Part shown: positions 12,948 to 25,240 of the stretch, one piece after another
Numbering within the stretch: position 1 is the first letter of the stretch
Layout: the number at the start of each line of letters is the position of its first letter
Assembly: GCA_951406725.2 (NCBI GenBank)
Contig: OX597828.1
Coordinates: 38,192,001 to 38,256,000, forward strand
From: Octopus vulgaris
Taxonomy: Eukaryota
Direction: 5' to 3'
DNA: 64,000 nt
Notes under the pieces: generated by a model
The model's input: the letters and a program-made list of their open reading frames with translations, nothing else
Told to the model about the DNA's origin: nothing
Databases searched by the model: none
Translations under genes and position numbers: made by a program

Positions 12948-13319
12948 TATGTTTGAACATATATACATATATATGATGATCGTCTCATCTTCTCACTTTA
13001 TAGCCATTTCACATTCAATCTGATAACTCCATTCATTTTGTTTTTCTTTATCATCATCATCATCATCATCTGGTCAAGTTTGCTGTGACAGCTCGGGTCG
13101 TGCCACCGGTGCAGAGATGCCGAGGTGTTTCGAATGAGTTTAACGCAAAACGAGAGAGACGAAAATTGTTACAGTCGAAATAGGTTTCTTCCTTTCTGTA
13201 AAAAATCTATTAAGCTTTTCAGAAGTTTCTCATTTAAATATACATATATGAGTAAGTCTAGATATGCAACTATATGCATGAGAAGACATACGTAAAAAAA
13301 TATATACAAATCTGCAGAT

Positions 13320-13395
13320 ATACATACGAACATACATACATACACACATACATACATACATACATACATACAACATACATGCATGCATGCATATA

Positions 13396-13431
<36 letters not shown>

Positions 13432-13806
13432 TATACATAAATACATACATACATACATACATACATACATACATACATACATACATACATGCATGCATGC
13501 ATGCATACATACATATATACATACATACATACATACATACATACACACATACATACATACTCTGTTGATGTTGCTGGAATTCCAATGAAGGAGCTTTGGA
13601 TCTGGATTAGAAACTGGCTCTTTCTCCATTGGCAAAAAATATTGAAATGAAACTGAATGATATACTTACATAGACAGAATCAAACATGCATATATGCATA
13701 CGTACTTACATATATGCATGCTTATATGCATACATACGTACGCACGTACATGTATACATACATTCACATACACATACACACACACACGCATACACACACA
13801 CACGCG

Positions 13807-13838
<32 letters not shown>

Positions 13839-14290
13839 CATACATATATACATACATAAATGCATGCATATGTACATACATACTCGCATGCATGCATACA
13901 TACATACATACATATATACATGCATACATACATACGTATCTACATACATACATACATACATACATACATACATGCATACATACATACATACATACATACA
14001 TACTTACATACATACATACATACATACATACATGCATACATACATACATACATACATACATACATTCATGCATGCATATATACATAAATACATACATTCA
14101 TGCATGCTTACATATATGCATGCATGTATACATGCATATATACACGCATACGTACTACATACATTCATACATACATACATACATACACATACACACACAC
14201 GCATACACACACACACACAAACATACATACATACATACATACATACATACATACATACAAGTGTATGTGTGTGTGTGTGTGTGTGTGTGC
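13320..14290. repeat. (CATA)n-rich tracts, interrupted by a ~110-bp interspersed repeat at 13560-13670
   Basis: Direct; the insert matches 16370-16440 and the reverse complement of 17620-17708. Confidence 0.9.
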
Positions 14291-14759
14291 AAGTGCGCGA
14301 GTGTATATAGGCAATCTGTTCCAGGGTCGTTAGAGCGACGGACAGAGCGTGATGTGATGTTTGCTCTGCACCGAGGTGCAGATGCACCCTTGCCAGTTTC
14401 GCCTTAAAAACTGCAATCGCTGAGTGCCTGTGTTTATGAGAGCCAGTAAACCACGTGCTACGACGCTATTGTTTTCTTACGGCTTAGGAAACGTTAACCA
14501 TCGTTGTTCCTCATTTTCTAAAATGATTGGACATTTATGGTTAAAATGCTTGATTAGAGCTGAGCTGGAGCTGAACAACAACAACAGCAGCAGCAGCAGC
14601 AGCAAAGTTGACCACTATTTGCCGAGTTTCATGTTCCGCTCTCAATCAATCCACACTAACGTCATGTTGTAATGCAAGGGAGGTAACTCTTATGAATACC
14701 ATTAACCTCCAATTCTTATTTTAGATGGTAACTGTGACAGGCGATTCTGTTGCAAGAAC

Positions 14760-14760
<1 letters not shown>

Positions 14761-14835
<75 letters not shown>

Positions 14836-15005
14836 GACAGACAGAGACAGACAGAGAGACAGAGAGAGACACAGACAGACAGACAGACAGACAGGCAGAC
14901 AGGCAGGCAGGCAGGCAGGCAGGTAGGCAGACAGACTGACAGAGAAGACTGACAGACGGAAAGAGACTGAGCCAGACAAATAGACAGAGAGACAGAGAAA
15001 GAGAA
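14761..15005. repeat. (GA)n/(GACA)n/(GGCA)n compound microsatellite
   Basis: Direct. Confidence 0.95.
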
Positions 15006-15254
15006 ATCAACGAACGGTGCTAGTATAGTGTGCGATATGAAACTGGGTTATCTACCTTATCTTGAAGATATTTCCAGATATTTCAGAGATAAAACCCTTC
15101 CTTACCTTTTCTTCTTTTTTTTTATGTATGAATGAGCTACACTACGTCGGTCAGCGGAGTGGTATTTGATCACTTTACAGAGTGTTTGAGTGTCGGTTTG
15201 GTGTCTGGAATAGTATAGCTTACCTCATGGGCAGGTAGGAGCTCTTTAACCTTG

Positions 15255-16453
15255 GCTAGGAGATTACCAGGGATGGTGGAATGATAGAGGCACAAGAATC
15301 AGCTGATAGAATAATGCCAAGGGTTTGTACTCTTATGTTCAGGAGGTATATGGCCCAAAATCTTCTTCAATAGCTCCATGAGAACAGCAAATGGACGTTT
15401 GTTTCTGACTGACGTCGCTTCTATTCATGCACGTTGGGTAGAAAATGTTTCTGCACTTTTGAATAGACCACCGTCCGCTGACATGAGGATGATAGAAAAA
15501 ATCGAACAGCTCCCAGTTACAGAAGAGATGGCATTTGAACCGACTCTAAGGGTCTGATGAAATCTGTGCAGAGGTCTTGAAATATGGGGTTAACAAAATG
15601 TTTGAACTCTTAAATATATTGATTTGTCACTGTTGGAAAACTGAAGAAATGCCTCAAGACTGGATTGATGCCATTTTAGTCTCCTTGTATAAATTGAGGC
15701 CAAAGGATCTGTGTGGTAGTTTTCGTGGGATTTCACTTTTGTCTGGGATTTCGTGGGATTTCACTTGCCCGCATCTTGTCAGAACGTTTAAATACCTTTA
15801 TAATTCCAAATTTAGTGTCCGAGTCTCAGTGTGGTTTTCGTTCCTCCAGGGGCACCGCTGATTGTATCTTTACTGTCAGGCAATTACAAGAAAAGTGCAT
15901 TGAACAGGATCTTGCTCTATTCAATTGCAAAGCATTCGATACTCTTAATCGAAATGCTCTCTGGCTAATTCTAAGGAAAATAGGTTGCCCAGAAAAATTT
16001 GTAAACATGATCAGAGCTTTGCATCAAGATATGAAAGCTAGAGTTACCTTTATTAGTAGGCTCTCTGAATCTTTTGCCGGGGAAAATGGAGTAAGCAAAG
16101 AGACCTTGATGCACCAACCCTCTTTGCAATATCTTTGCTGCTGTATTGTCACACGCTTTCCAAAACTCTGAGGGTATTTACGAGGGAATATTTTTAATCT
16201 GACAAGACAGAAATACGAAACGAGGGCTTTTTCTTCACTCATTAAGGAACTTTTGTACGCTGACGATTGCGATCTTGCCTGGCATTCTGAAACCAGTCTG
16301 AAATCTCTTGTATTTGCATCTGACTCGCCTTGTAAGAATTTTGGCTTGACCATCAACTTGAAAAAAAAACAGTTAGAAACCTGCTCTTTCTTCATTGACA
16401 AAAATTTTAATAAAAAATGAATAATGACATACGAGTACATACATACATACATG

Positions 16454-16484
<31 letters not shown>

Positions 16485-17610
16485 TGTATGTATGTATGTA
16501 TGTATGTATGTATGTATGTATGTATGTATGTATGCGTGTTATGCTCTTTGTAACCCATCTAAAATATTTGTTAAGGGTAAGTTACTTGAGGTTGTCGACT
16601 CGTTCATCTACCTTGGAAGCTCTGTTCAAAATGATGGAAATCTTGATACAGAAATACAGCTGCGAATTCAAAGGGCAGCAAAGTATTTGATGGCTTGGAA
16701 TCACACGTTTTGGTGCCAGCAACATATAAATAAGAATATAAAGCTGGCTCTTTACAAATCATTTATCTTACAAACCCTGTTGTATTCCTGTGAAACGTGG
16801 ACTTCTTATGAAAGGCATTTTAAATTGTTAGAACAATTCCACCAAAAATGCTTTCATAGCATTTTAAGAATTAAATGGAGTTCTTTTACTCCAAACACAG
16901 ATGTCCTTGCATCTGCAATTAAAGCTATGATTTTGAGGAACCAAATGAAATGGTGTGGCCAGATTGTTCGAATAGCAGATGAACACATGCCGAAACAGCT
17001 GTTTTATGGTGAGCTTGCAGACTGAAAACGCTATCGCCGTAAGCCTAAAAAAAAGGTTTAAGGACGGCATAAGGACTACTATGAAGTCACTTGAAATGGA
17101 TCCAGAAGACATAGAAACCCTTGCTTCGGATCGAGTTGGATGGTGAACAAAAGTGTGGAGTGGAGTGAAAGTATTTGAAGAGGCCAAGATAACGCACGTA
17201 AGACTTAAAAGAGATCTAAGGAAGAATGTAACAATCAAGAAGGTGAGTGACATTGACATTTTTGTGTGCCCAGCTTGTGACAGACCTTGCCTTTCTTTTG
17301 ATGGGCTTAAATCTCATCTGCGAAACTATGGCAAACGAACCTCCACCATCTATTCTGCCTATATGTCTGTTCACACTTTTGAATGCAGTGTATGCCAGAA
17401 GGTTTGCAAATCCAACGGAGCCCTCAAAAGACATTTTAAGATCCACAAAGATCAGAATTTACCTGCAACTGTTTGTGGTTGAAATCGGTTGTGCAATTTG
17501 TGTGTGTGTCTTTTCAAAACATTGTTTGGTTCAAAAAGCCACATCAGATGCCATGATGGTGCTAAGGCGTAGGTGCAGAAGGTGGTCAAACTCTGCAAAA
17601 GGAGTAGACA
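15255..17610 (+). mobile_element. Decayed RTE/BovB-type LINE ORF (reverse transcriptase plus C-terminal C2H2 fingers), 5' truncated
   Basis: MPQDWIDA, FRGISLLS, ESQCGFRSSRGTADCIFTVRQLQEKCIEQ, KAFDT, G.PEKFVNMIRALH, LYADD (16253-16267), F.YLGS, LLYSCETW, PKQLFYGEL; many frameshifts and stops; interrupted at 16370-16540. Confidence 0.92.
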
Positions 17611-17899
17611 ACCACCATGTACGTATTTATGTACTCGTATGTCATTATTCAGTTTTATTATCAGATTTTTTGCCAATAGAGAAAGAACTGGTTTCTAACC
17701 TAGATCCACGCACACACACATATATATAAATACACATACATACATGAAATTTCAAGAATATTTTTGTAGGTTACGCACAGTTTTTGTTCGCAGGTGGTTA
17801 TATAGTAATCTTAATATGTGTGTGTGAATGTGTGTGTCTGTATGCGTGTGTGCACAATGTATGTATGTATGTATGTATGTATGTATGTATGTATGTATG

Positions 17900-17933
<34 letters not shown>

Positions 17934-18436
17934 TGTATGTATGTATGTATGTATGTATGTATGTATGTGCGTATATATGTATGTATGTAGGCTGATAGGT
18001 AGGCAGGTAGGAGCAGTTGAGTAAGATAATAGATTTGTTCTGAAATTCGATGTCTTGACCTTATAGACTCGTTCGGTACGCTTTTGCTAGTTTCTACGCT
18101 GTTTTGGCTGGGTATTGTAAACTTAATATATGTGCGTGTGTGTGTGCGTGCGTGTGTTTGCGTCTGTATGTGTGTGTGTGTGCGTGTGCGCGCGCGTGCA
18201 ATGTAAACGAAACGTATATGAGAAATAAATAAGAATCGTCGCAACAATCACTAATATCAAACAACAACGATAACTCTGCTGTCTTGGCAAACCACTGAAC
18301 AAGAATACAGTCAGAGTTGTCTCCCATAGATGATTTTAGCGAAATTTTTAACGAATTATTTTTTCAACGAATTAATTTTTTATTTTTTTTATTTGTTATT
18401 ATTTTTTGTTATTATTTTTTGTTTTTTTCATTACAG

Positions 18437-18504
18437 ATAAACTTATGGTTATTGCTGAAAACGGTGGAACCAAAGACAAAGAAGTCATAAAGATCAAGTC
18501 ATAA
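18437..18504 (+). CDS. Candidate short terminal coding exon (xD)KLMVIAENGGTKDKEVIKIKS*
   Basis: Follows a long T-rich tract ending ttttttcattacAG (strong acceptor); 22 codons of non-repetitive, protein-like sequence ending in TAA. No upstream exon identified. Confidence 0.35.
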
Positions 18505-19393
18505 ATACCATTATCATATGATAATATCTATTCAAATTATTATATCAGCAGAAGTGCATACAAATTGTTTAGAAGTACATACTATGTACTTCTACACATA
18601 TGATAATCTAATTCCGTTATACTATCATTATAGAATGTTTTTATCATAACCTTCTAAATAATATGCTTAGGTAAAGTCTAAATAGTTTTTCGTATATATT
18701 AAAGTATCCCATTATTAGGATTTAAATTTAATTCCTATCCTTATTCTATATATTGGTTTAAATTTTCTCAATTTAATATTATAAATTAAATGTTATAAAT
18801 GACCACCTCCAGTTTCCCTCAGTTCTAATTGCCACCCCTAAAGTCTATATTACTTATCTCTTTTGGTTTTTCCTTATAGTCCCCTTTATTTGATAATCTA
18901 AATACGTATTGGCCACCCCCGTCTTTCTTTTTTCCAGTTACCATCTCCTCCCCATCAAACATTCTCTTTCTCCCAATTCTCTGACGTATCCTTTTATGTA
19001 GATAAAGTTAGCTTTTTTGGTTCCAGAATATTGAGAGTCCAGTAGATTGTCTGACAGTTATTGATTTACCACTCAACTAGTATACAATTAACAACTCCCA
19101 ATGGATTTAATTCTAAATTGTTGAAGACTACATGCTACATAAAGTCTTCTAAATATAAGTAACTACGTGACCACAGCTTTTATCTTTTATCTACGTCACC
19201 ACACGCACACTATTTCCTCTGCTACTTTCTGAATAATTATAGTAGGTATGCATTATTTTCTAACCTCATTATTTTCTAATCTCATTCTGCCACTGATATA
19301 ACAAAAGGAAACAATGTAAATATTTTGGCTTCAATTATTGATGCAAATTTGTTTCAAAAAATGGTTTATCCCTTATGTTTGAAGTTTATGCGG

Positions 19394-19478
19394 TCATCTG
19401 ACGAGAACGGTCTCTTTCAGTTTCATGGAGTGCTTTCCTTACTGAATTAAATGGAGCTGCTTGAAACGGCCGTAATGA
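19394..19478 (+). ncRNA. Type I hammerhead ribozyme-like motif
   Basis: tcat CTGACGA g...GAAA c ggcc GTA atga: stem I tcat/atga, palindromic minimal stem III, degenerate long stem II. Confidence 0.65.
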
Positions 19479-19576
19479 ATTGACACTTGTATATCTTCGT
19501 TACTTATTTGTATTGTATATATATATATATAAGTAAATAAATGGAGTTGAACGAAGATGTTATTAAAATTCTTTTA

Positions 19577-19658
19577 CTTTCGACATATGTTTCGAAGACA
19601 ACATGGTTTTATTCCAAAGGAATAAACGGTGTAAAATGCAATCTTCTCATCAGGAAAG
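19577..19658 (-). ncRNA. Type I hammerhead ribozyme (inverted copy)
   Basis: Reverse complement of 19794-19875. Confidence 0.85.
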
Positions 19659-19793
19659 AAAGAGACCCTATCTCAACAGCAAGACATTATAACAATTAAG
19701 GGTTTTTTTTAAATACTTAACAACGTTCTGTTTATCATTTAGGCAGCCATCGTAATTGTTATAATGTCTTGTTTGTTGAGATAGGCTCTCTTT

Positions 19794-19875
19794 CTTTCCT
19801 GATGAGAAGATTGCATTTTACACCGTTTATTCCTTTGGAATAAAACCATGTTGTCTTCGAAACATATGTCGAAAG
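19794..19875 (+). ncRNA. Type I hammerhead ribozyme, canonical core
   Basis: ctttc CTGATGA gaaga...(tttattcc/ggaataaa hairpin)...tcttc GAAA c atat GTC gaaag. Stems I and II pair perfectly; palindromic stem III acatatgt; predicted cleavage after 19870. Confidence 0.88.
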
Positions 19876-20072
19876 TAAAAGAATTTTAATAACATCTTCG
19901 TTCAACTCCATTTATTTACTTATAATACACTAATTACTGCACATTAACCCGGAGTTTCTACCTTTGAATAGGTCGCTTCATCCGTGTTACTTGCGTGAAT
20001 TTTGGTACCCTGATAACTGTTTATTGAATTTTCCATATTAACAGTAAACAAAGGATAATTCATTCATCCATT

Positions 20073-20162
<90 letters not shown>

Positions 20163-20163
20163 C

Positions 20164-20200
<37 letters not shown>

Positions 20201-20317
20201 CATACATATATGTGTGTGTGTGTGTGTGTGCGTCTGTGTGTGTGTATGTGTGTATGTATGTATGTATGTATGTATGTATGCATGTATGTATGTATGTATG
20301 TACGTATGTATGTATGT

Positions 20318-20485
20318 AGGCGCAGGCGTGGCTGTGTGTTAAGAAGCTTGCTCCCCAACCACATGGTTCCAGGTTCAGGTCTACTGCGTGGCAACTTGAC
20401 CAAGTATCTTCTACTATAGTCTCGGGCCGACCAAAGCCTTGTGAATGGATTTGTTAGACGGAAACTGAAAGATGTTCGTCATATA
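20318..20485 (+). mobile_element. SINE family A, 5' half
   Basis: aggcgcaggcgtggctgtgtg...gacggaaactgaaag. Confidence 0.85.
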
Positions 20486-20502
20486 TATGTGTGTGTGAGT
20501 CC

Positions 20503-20556
<54 letters not shown>

Positions 20557-20559
20557 CAT

Positions 20560-21535
20560 AGATGAGATCCAGGTTTAAACTTGAACGGATAGAGTAGTAA
20601 ATGAAAGGATAAGCAACTTAGGCAGGTCATTATACAAAGTGTATCAAATACATTAAATACACACAAAGTACATATATTTACATACAAAAAATTCCCACTT
20701 ACACAGAACAGAAATGATGTAAGTGGTTGAAAAATAGTATTGCTCCTTCCTTATACACACCCCTCTATTCAATTTCATACGTTATTGCATACCATGGCAC
20801 TCCCCTTCTAATACCAACCCAATTCCTTTGCCCTACTAACAACTGCTATAATGACCTCCAACTCACCCCCCCACACACACGCACGCATACTTTACCTGTA
20901 TCTATATCTTCTCTCATATCCCTCTATATACCTTAGTAACCTCCCTCAGCCACTGAGCCAGTCAATTTATTTATTTCAAATAATGGTCATTCCCTTTCTC
21001 ACTATCTCAGCCATTAATTCTACAGCCTTCTTACAAACTAACACAAAGATATCTATTCACACACTACTTAAACCACTCCTCCCTCTTCCTCTTACTTTCC
21101 ACCTCTACTACTATAACCCCGTACTAGCCTCCTTATTAACCCCTAACCCTTCAAATTTATTTTCCCTTCTCTTTATTCTCTATTTGAATACCTACTCAAT
21201 TCCCATTTCTAAAACATTTTGCTCTCAACAAAATCATTCCATCTTAATCTCCTTTCTGTCAACACCTCAAATATAAGATTTCCTTCCCTAAAGACGGAGG
21301 CTCGTATCATCTGACAATGGAATCGGTCATCATTTTGGGACACCTAGCCATCAGAAATAGGTGTTGAACATGTAATACACTTCTTCAACCCATTTCACTC
21401 TTGATATCGTTTCTATTCTGTGTAAGTCGAACCTTTTTGTATGTAAACATAGATACTTTTTCTATATTTAATATATTTAATATTCATCGTATACCGACCT
21501 ACCGAACTTGATTATCCTTACATTTACTCCAATAC
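20560..21535 (+). mobile_element. Older Penelope-like remnant with inverted terminal segments and a decayed hammerhead (21283-21370)
   Basis: 20590-20740 is the diverged reverse complement of 21375-21530; 21283-21370 (ttccctaaagacggagg...tcagaaataggtgttgaac) is homologous to the HHR-like motif at 41612-41712. Confidence 0.6.
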
Positions 21536-21599
21536 ATGTGTGTGCGTGCGTATATATATATATATATATATACATATATACACGCACATTATCAGGCAA

Positions 21600-22340
21600 T
21601 AAGCTAGTAGTTCTGCGTCAGCAAAACTTGAAAATTATAGAAAAGTGTGAAAGGGGTCTAGTGAAGTTGCCGTGAAAAGTGGAATATCCAACGTTTCGGA
21701 TTGAATCTTTCATCAGGATGCAGAGAAAACGAGAAGAAGAAGAGAAGAAAGTCAAAAAGAGTTTACAGCCTCTCGGCATGAAAAAAATGGCTACAACTGA
21801 TAATAGATGCAGAATAACACGGGCTGCTAACGCAAAATAGACATTATAGGAAAGGGTGTGCAGAGAGAGGGTTGCATGAGGATTAAAAAGGATAAAAAAG
21901 AATTAAGGAAAGGTGAAAGGATGGAAGCAAAAAACATTCATTCATATCTGTCAGGGACATAGTGTCAAGATCAAATATGAGACGTTGCTCCTTTGGTTTC
22001 CTAAAGAAGGGTGGGGTCCGTGGTGTAAGGCCATGCTACACACTGATACATCTACAACAGAATGATTCACAGCGTTGAAGTGGGTGGCGACAGGTTGGCC
22101 TGACATACGTAGCATTATGCTTCTGGTGTTTCGTGGAAGAGATCCCCAAGGCATCACCTTGTTTCTCCAATGTAAAGAGTACCGCAGAGTTTGCATATGA
22201 CGCAATACATGAGATTCGCCGAAGTGCAACAGAAGTGGTGCGTTATGTGATATTGCTTCCTGGGCCCCGTGATGGCGGTAATATTGTTGATGTAGGGCAT
22301 GTGTTGCATCATCGGTGAGGACATTTAATGGTTCCTGGCT
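21600..22340 (-). mobile_element. Penelope-like element remnant (Neptune/Penelope-type GIY-YIG C-terminus plus 3' region)
   Basis: Frameshifted C..R.C.TC, C..C...YIGET, QPVATHFNAVNHSVVDVSV, TLCP; followed downstream by an HHR motif. Confidence 0.75.
21685..21722 (-). ncRNA. Minimal PLE-type hammerhead motif
   Basis: gcatc CTGATGA aagatt c aatcc GAAA cgttg gat; palindromic aacgtt; lies 3' of the GIY-YIG remnant. Confidence 0.6.
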
Positions 22341-22539
22341 GTGCGGAGCTGGGAGCTATGAAGGAGATTTCTAAGACTCCTATCTTTTTTAAAAGCCAGG
22401 AGAGGCGGTTGTTGTGTGGGAAAGAAAAATGCGTAAGTTGTGGGTAAGTTTGTACGTTAGAGGGAGGATGGACGGTTGAGAGAGAGAGTGGAATATGTAT
22501 GGACATATGTATGTATGTATGTATCTATATTAGGTATTT

Positions 22540-22849
22540 ATGTGTTTGTCTGTGTCTGTATACTCGCCATCGCTTGACAACAGATGCTGGTATGTTTATG
22601 TCCCCGTAATATACCGGTTCGGCAAAAGATATCGATAGAATAAGTAGTAGGCTTACAAGGAATAAGTCCTGGGATTGATTTCTTCGGCCGAAACACTTTG
22701 AGGTGATGCTCCTGCATGGCCATAGTTAAATGATTGAAACAAGCAAAAGAATATGTACATGTGTCCATGTGATGGTGGGGGGGACAAACACAGACACACA
22801 AACATACGCGCACACCCACACGCACGCACACACACACACACACATGTAC

Positions 22850-22901
<52 letters not shown>

Positions 22902-23068
22902 GACGGGCCCCTTTCAGTTCCCGTCTCGATATCAAATCCACTCACGACGATTTGGTTGGCCCGAGGTTATAGTAGAAGACACTTGGTCAAGATGCCGCAC
23001 AGTGGGACTGAACCCGGAACCATGCGGTTGGTAAGCGAGCTACTTACCACACAGCCACTTCTGCGCCT
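22540..23068. mobile_element. Two SINE A pieces in opposite orientation (3' half + at 22540-22755; 5' half - at 22770-23068)
   Basis: Family A motifs on both strands. Confidence 0.8.
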
Positions 23069-23226
23069 ACGTTCTGAGTTCAAATTCCGCCGAGGTCGAC
23101 TTTGCCTTTCATCCTTTCGGGGTCGATAAATAAGGTACCAGTTACGCACTGGGGTCGATATAATCGACTTAATTCCTTTGTCTGTCGTTGTTTGTCCCCT
23201 CTATGTTTTAGCCCCTTGTGGGCAAT
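23069..23226 (+). mobile_element. 5'-truncated SINE family B abutting the SINE A head
   Basis: acgttctgagttcaaattccgccgaggtcgac...ccttgtgggcaata. Confidence 0.85.
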
Positions 23227-23249
23227 ATATATATATATATATATATAAA

Positions 23250-24245
23250 TCATGCATACAGACATGTATACACACATACATACATAAATACATACATACA
23301 TACATACATACATACATACATACACACATACATACATACATACACACATACACACATACATACATACATACATACATACATACATACACACATACACACA
23401 TACATACATACATACATACATACATACATACATACATGCATGCAAGCATGCATACATACATACATACATACATACATACATACATACATACATACATACA
23501 TACATACATACATACATACATACATGCATGCAAGCATGCATACATACATACATACATACATACATACATACATACATACATACATACATACACACATACA
23601 TACATACATACATACATACATACATACATACACACATACACACATACATACATACATACATACATACATACATACATACATACACACATACATACACACA
23701 TACATACATACATACATACACACATACATACATACATACACACATACACACATACATACATACATACATACATACATACATACATACATACATACATACA
23801 CACATACACACATACATACATACATACATACATACATACATACATGCATGCAAGCATGCATACATACATACATACATACATACATACATACATACATACA
23901 TACATACATACATACATACATACATACATACATACATACATACATACATACATACATACATACATACACACATACATACATACACACATACATACATACA
24001 TACATACACACATACATACATACATACATACATACATACACACATACATACATACACACATACATACATACATACATACATACATACACACATACATACA
24101 TACATACATACACACATACATACATACATACATACATACATACACACATACATACACACATACATACATACACACATACATACATACATACATACATACA
24201 TACATACATACATACATACATACATACATACATACATACATACGT
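23250..24245. repeat. ~1-kb (CATA)n microsatellite with recurring catgcatgcaagcatgc interruptions
   Basis: Direct; interruptions near 23435, 23523 and 23843. Confidence 0.95.
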
Positions 24246-24796
24246 GCATATAAAATTACGTGGGTGAATATAACACGAAATATACGATGCCAGAAACCTC
24301 AAATGGGATATTCCTTTTTAAAACATGCCTGGACATTGCCTGGACAATAGCAAATGCAACTAAATTGCCATGCAGGAAGAAGCAGAGACGGAGAGTTTTT
24401 TCTATTCAAAAAAGAAACGGAAAAGCGCTATGAATCAGCGATATATTAAGAAACGAAAGGGTGTCACGGCTAGAATTTGTTTGAGCTTTTTCTTTGCACT
24501 GCCAATGGCAATTTCGTGCAAAACAACAATATACATATGAGAGTGCATGCGTGTGTGTATGTGTGCGTGTGTGTGTGTGTGTGTATGCGTGTGTGTGTGT
24601 GTGTGCGCGCGCCTGCGAATATATTCCTGTCTGTACAGATGTATACAATATACATAAATACGTACACGTACACATACACATACATACATACATACGTACA
24701 TACAATATGTGTGTGAATGTATGTATATCATACGTATCTGTATGCATATATGTACATATACATTTTAATGTATATGGTTATGTAATTATGTGTGAA

Positions 24797-24830
<34 letters not shown>

Positions 24831-24890
24831 CATACATGTATATAAACAGATATATACACATATATACATACATATACAAATGTGTGTATT

Positions 24891-24992
<102 letters not shown>

Positions 24993-25013
24993 TAAATATA
25001 TATGTGTGTGTGT

Positions 25014-25240
25014 GGAGGCGCGTGGCTTAGTGGTTAGGGTGTCATTACCAGCATCGTAAGATTGTGGTTTCGATTCCTGGACCGGGCGACGCGTTGTGTT
25101 CTTGAGCAAAACACTTCATTTCACGTTGCTCCAGTCCACTCAGCTGGCAAAATGAGTAACGCCCAGCTGGGGAACACATACGCCACAGAAACCGAGAAAC
25201 CGGGCCCATGAGCCTGGCTAGGCTTTAAAAGGGCGCATTT
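25014..25240 (+). mobile_element. SINE family C
   Basis: ggaggcgcgtggcttagtggttaggg, gtttcgattcc, gtgttcttgagcaaaacac, then gaaaccgggcccatgagcc tail. Confidence 0.85.

Larger units (their letters stand above)
19528..20078 (+). mobile_element. Penelope-like pseudo-LTR fragment with inverted 5' duplication, bounded by (TA)n
   Basis: ~170-bp inverted arms (19531-19698 / 19753-19921) with ~2 differences, each containing a hammerhead, followed by a unique tail to (TA)n. Confidence 0.75.

Noticed and set aside
16256-16270. CTGACGA / CTGATGA matches at 16260 and 15554
   Set aside because: They are codons of the LINE ORF (YADD and G.DEI), not ribozyme cores.
23080-24350. Long ORFs of YIHT/MYVC repeats (and similar ORFs throughout the window)
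   Set aside because: Translations of (CATA)n, (TA)n, (CA)n, (AAT)n and (GAT)n microsatellites.
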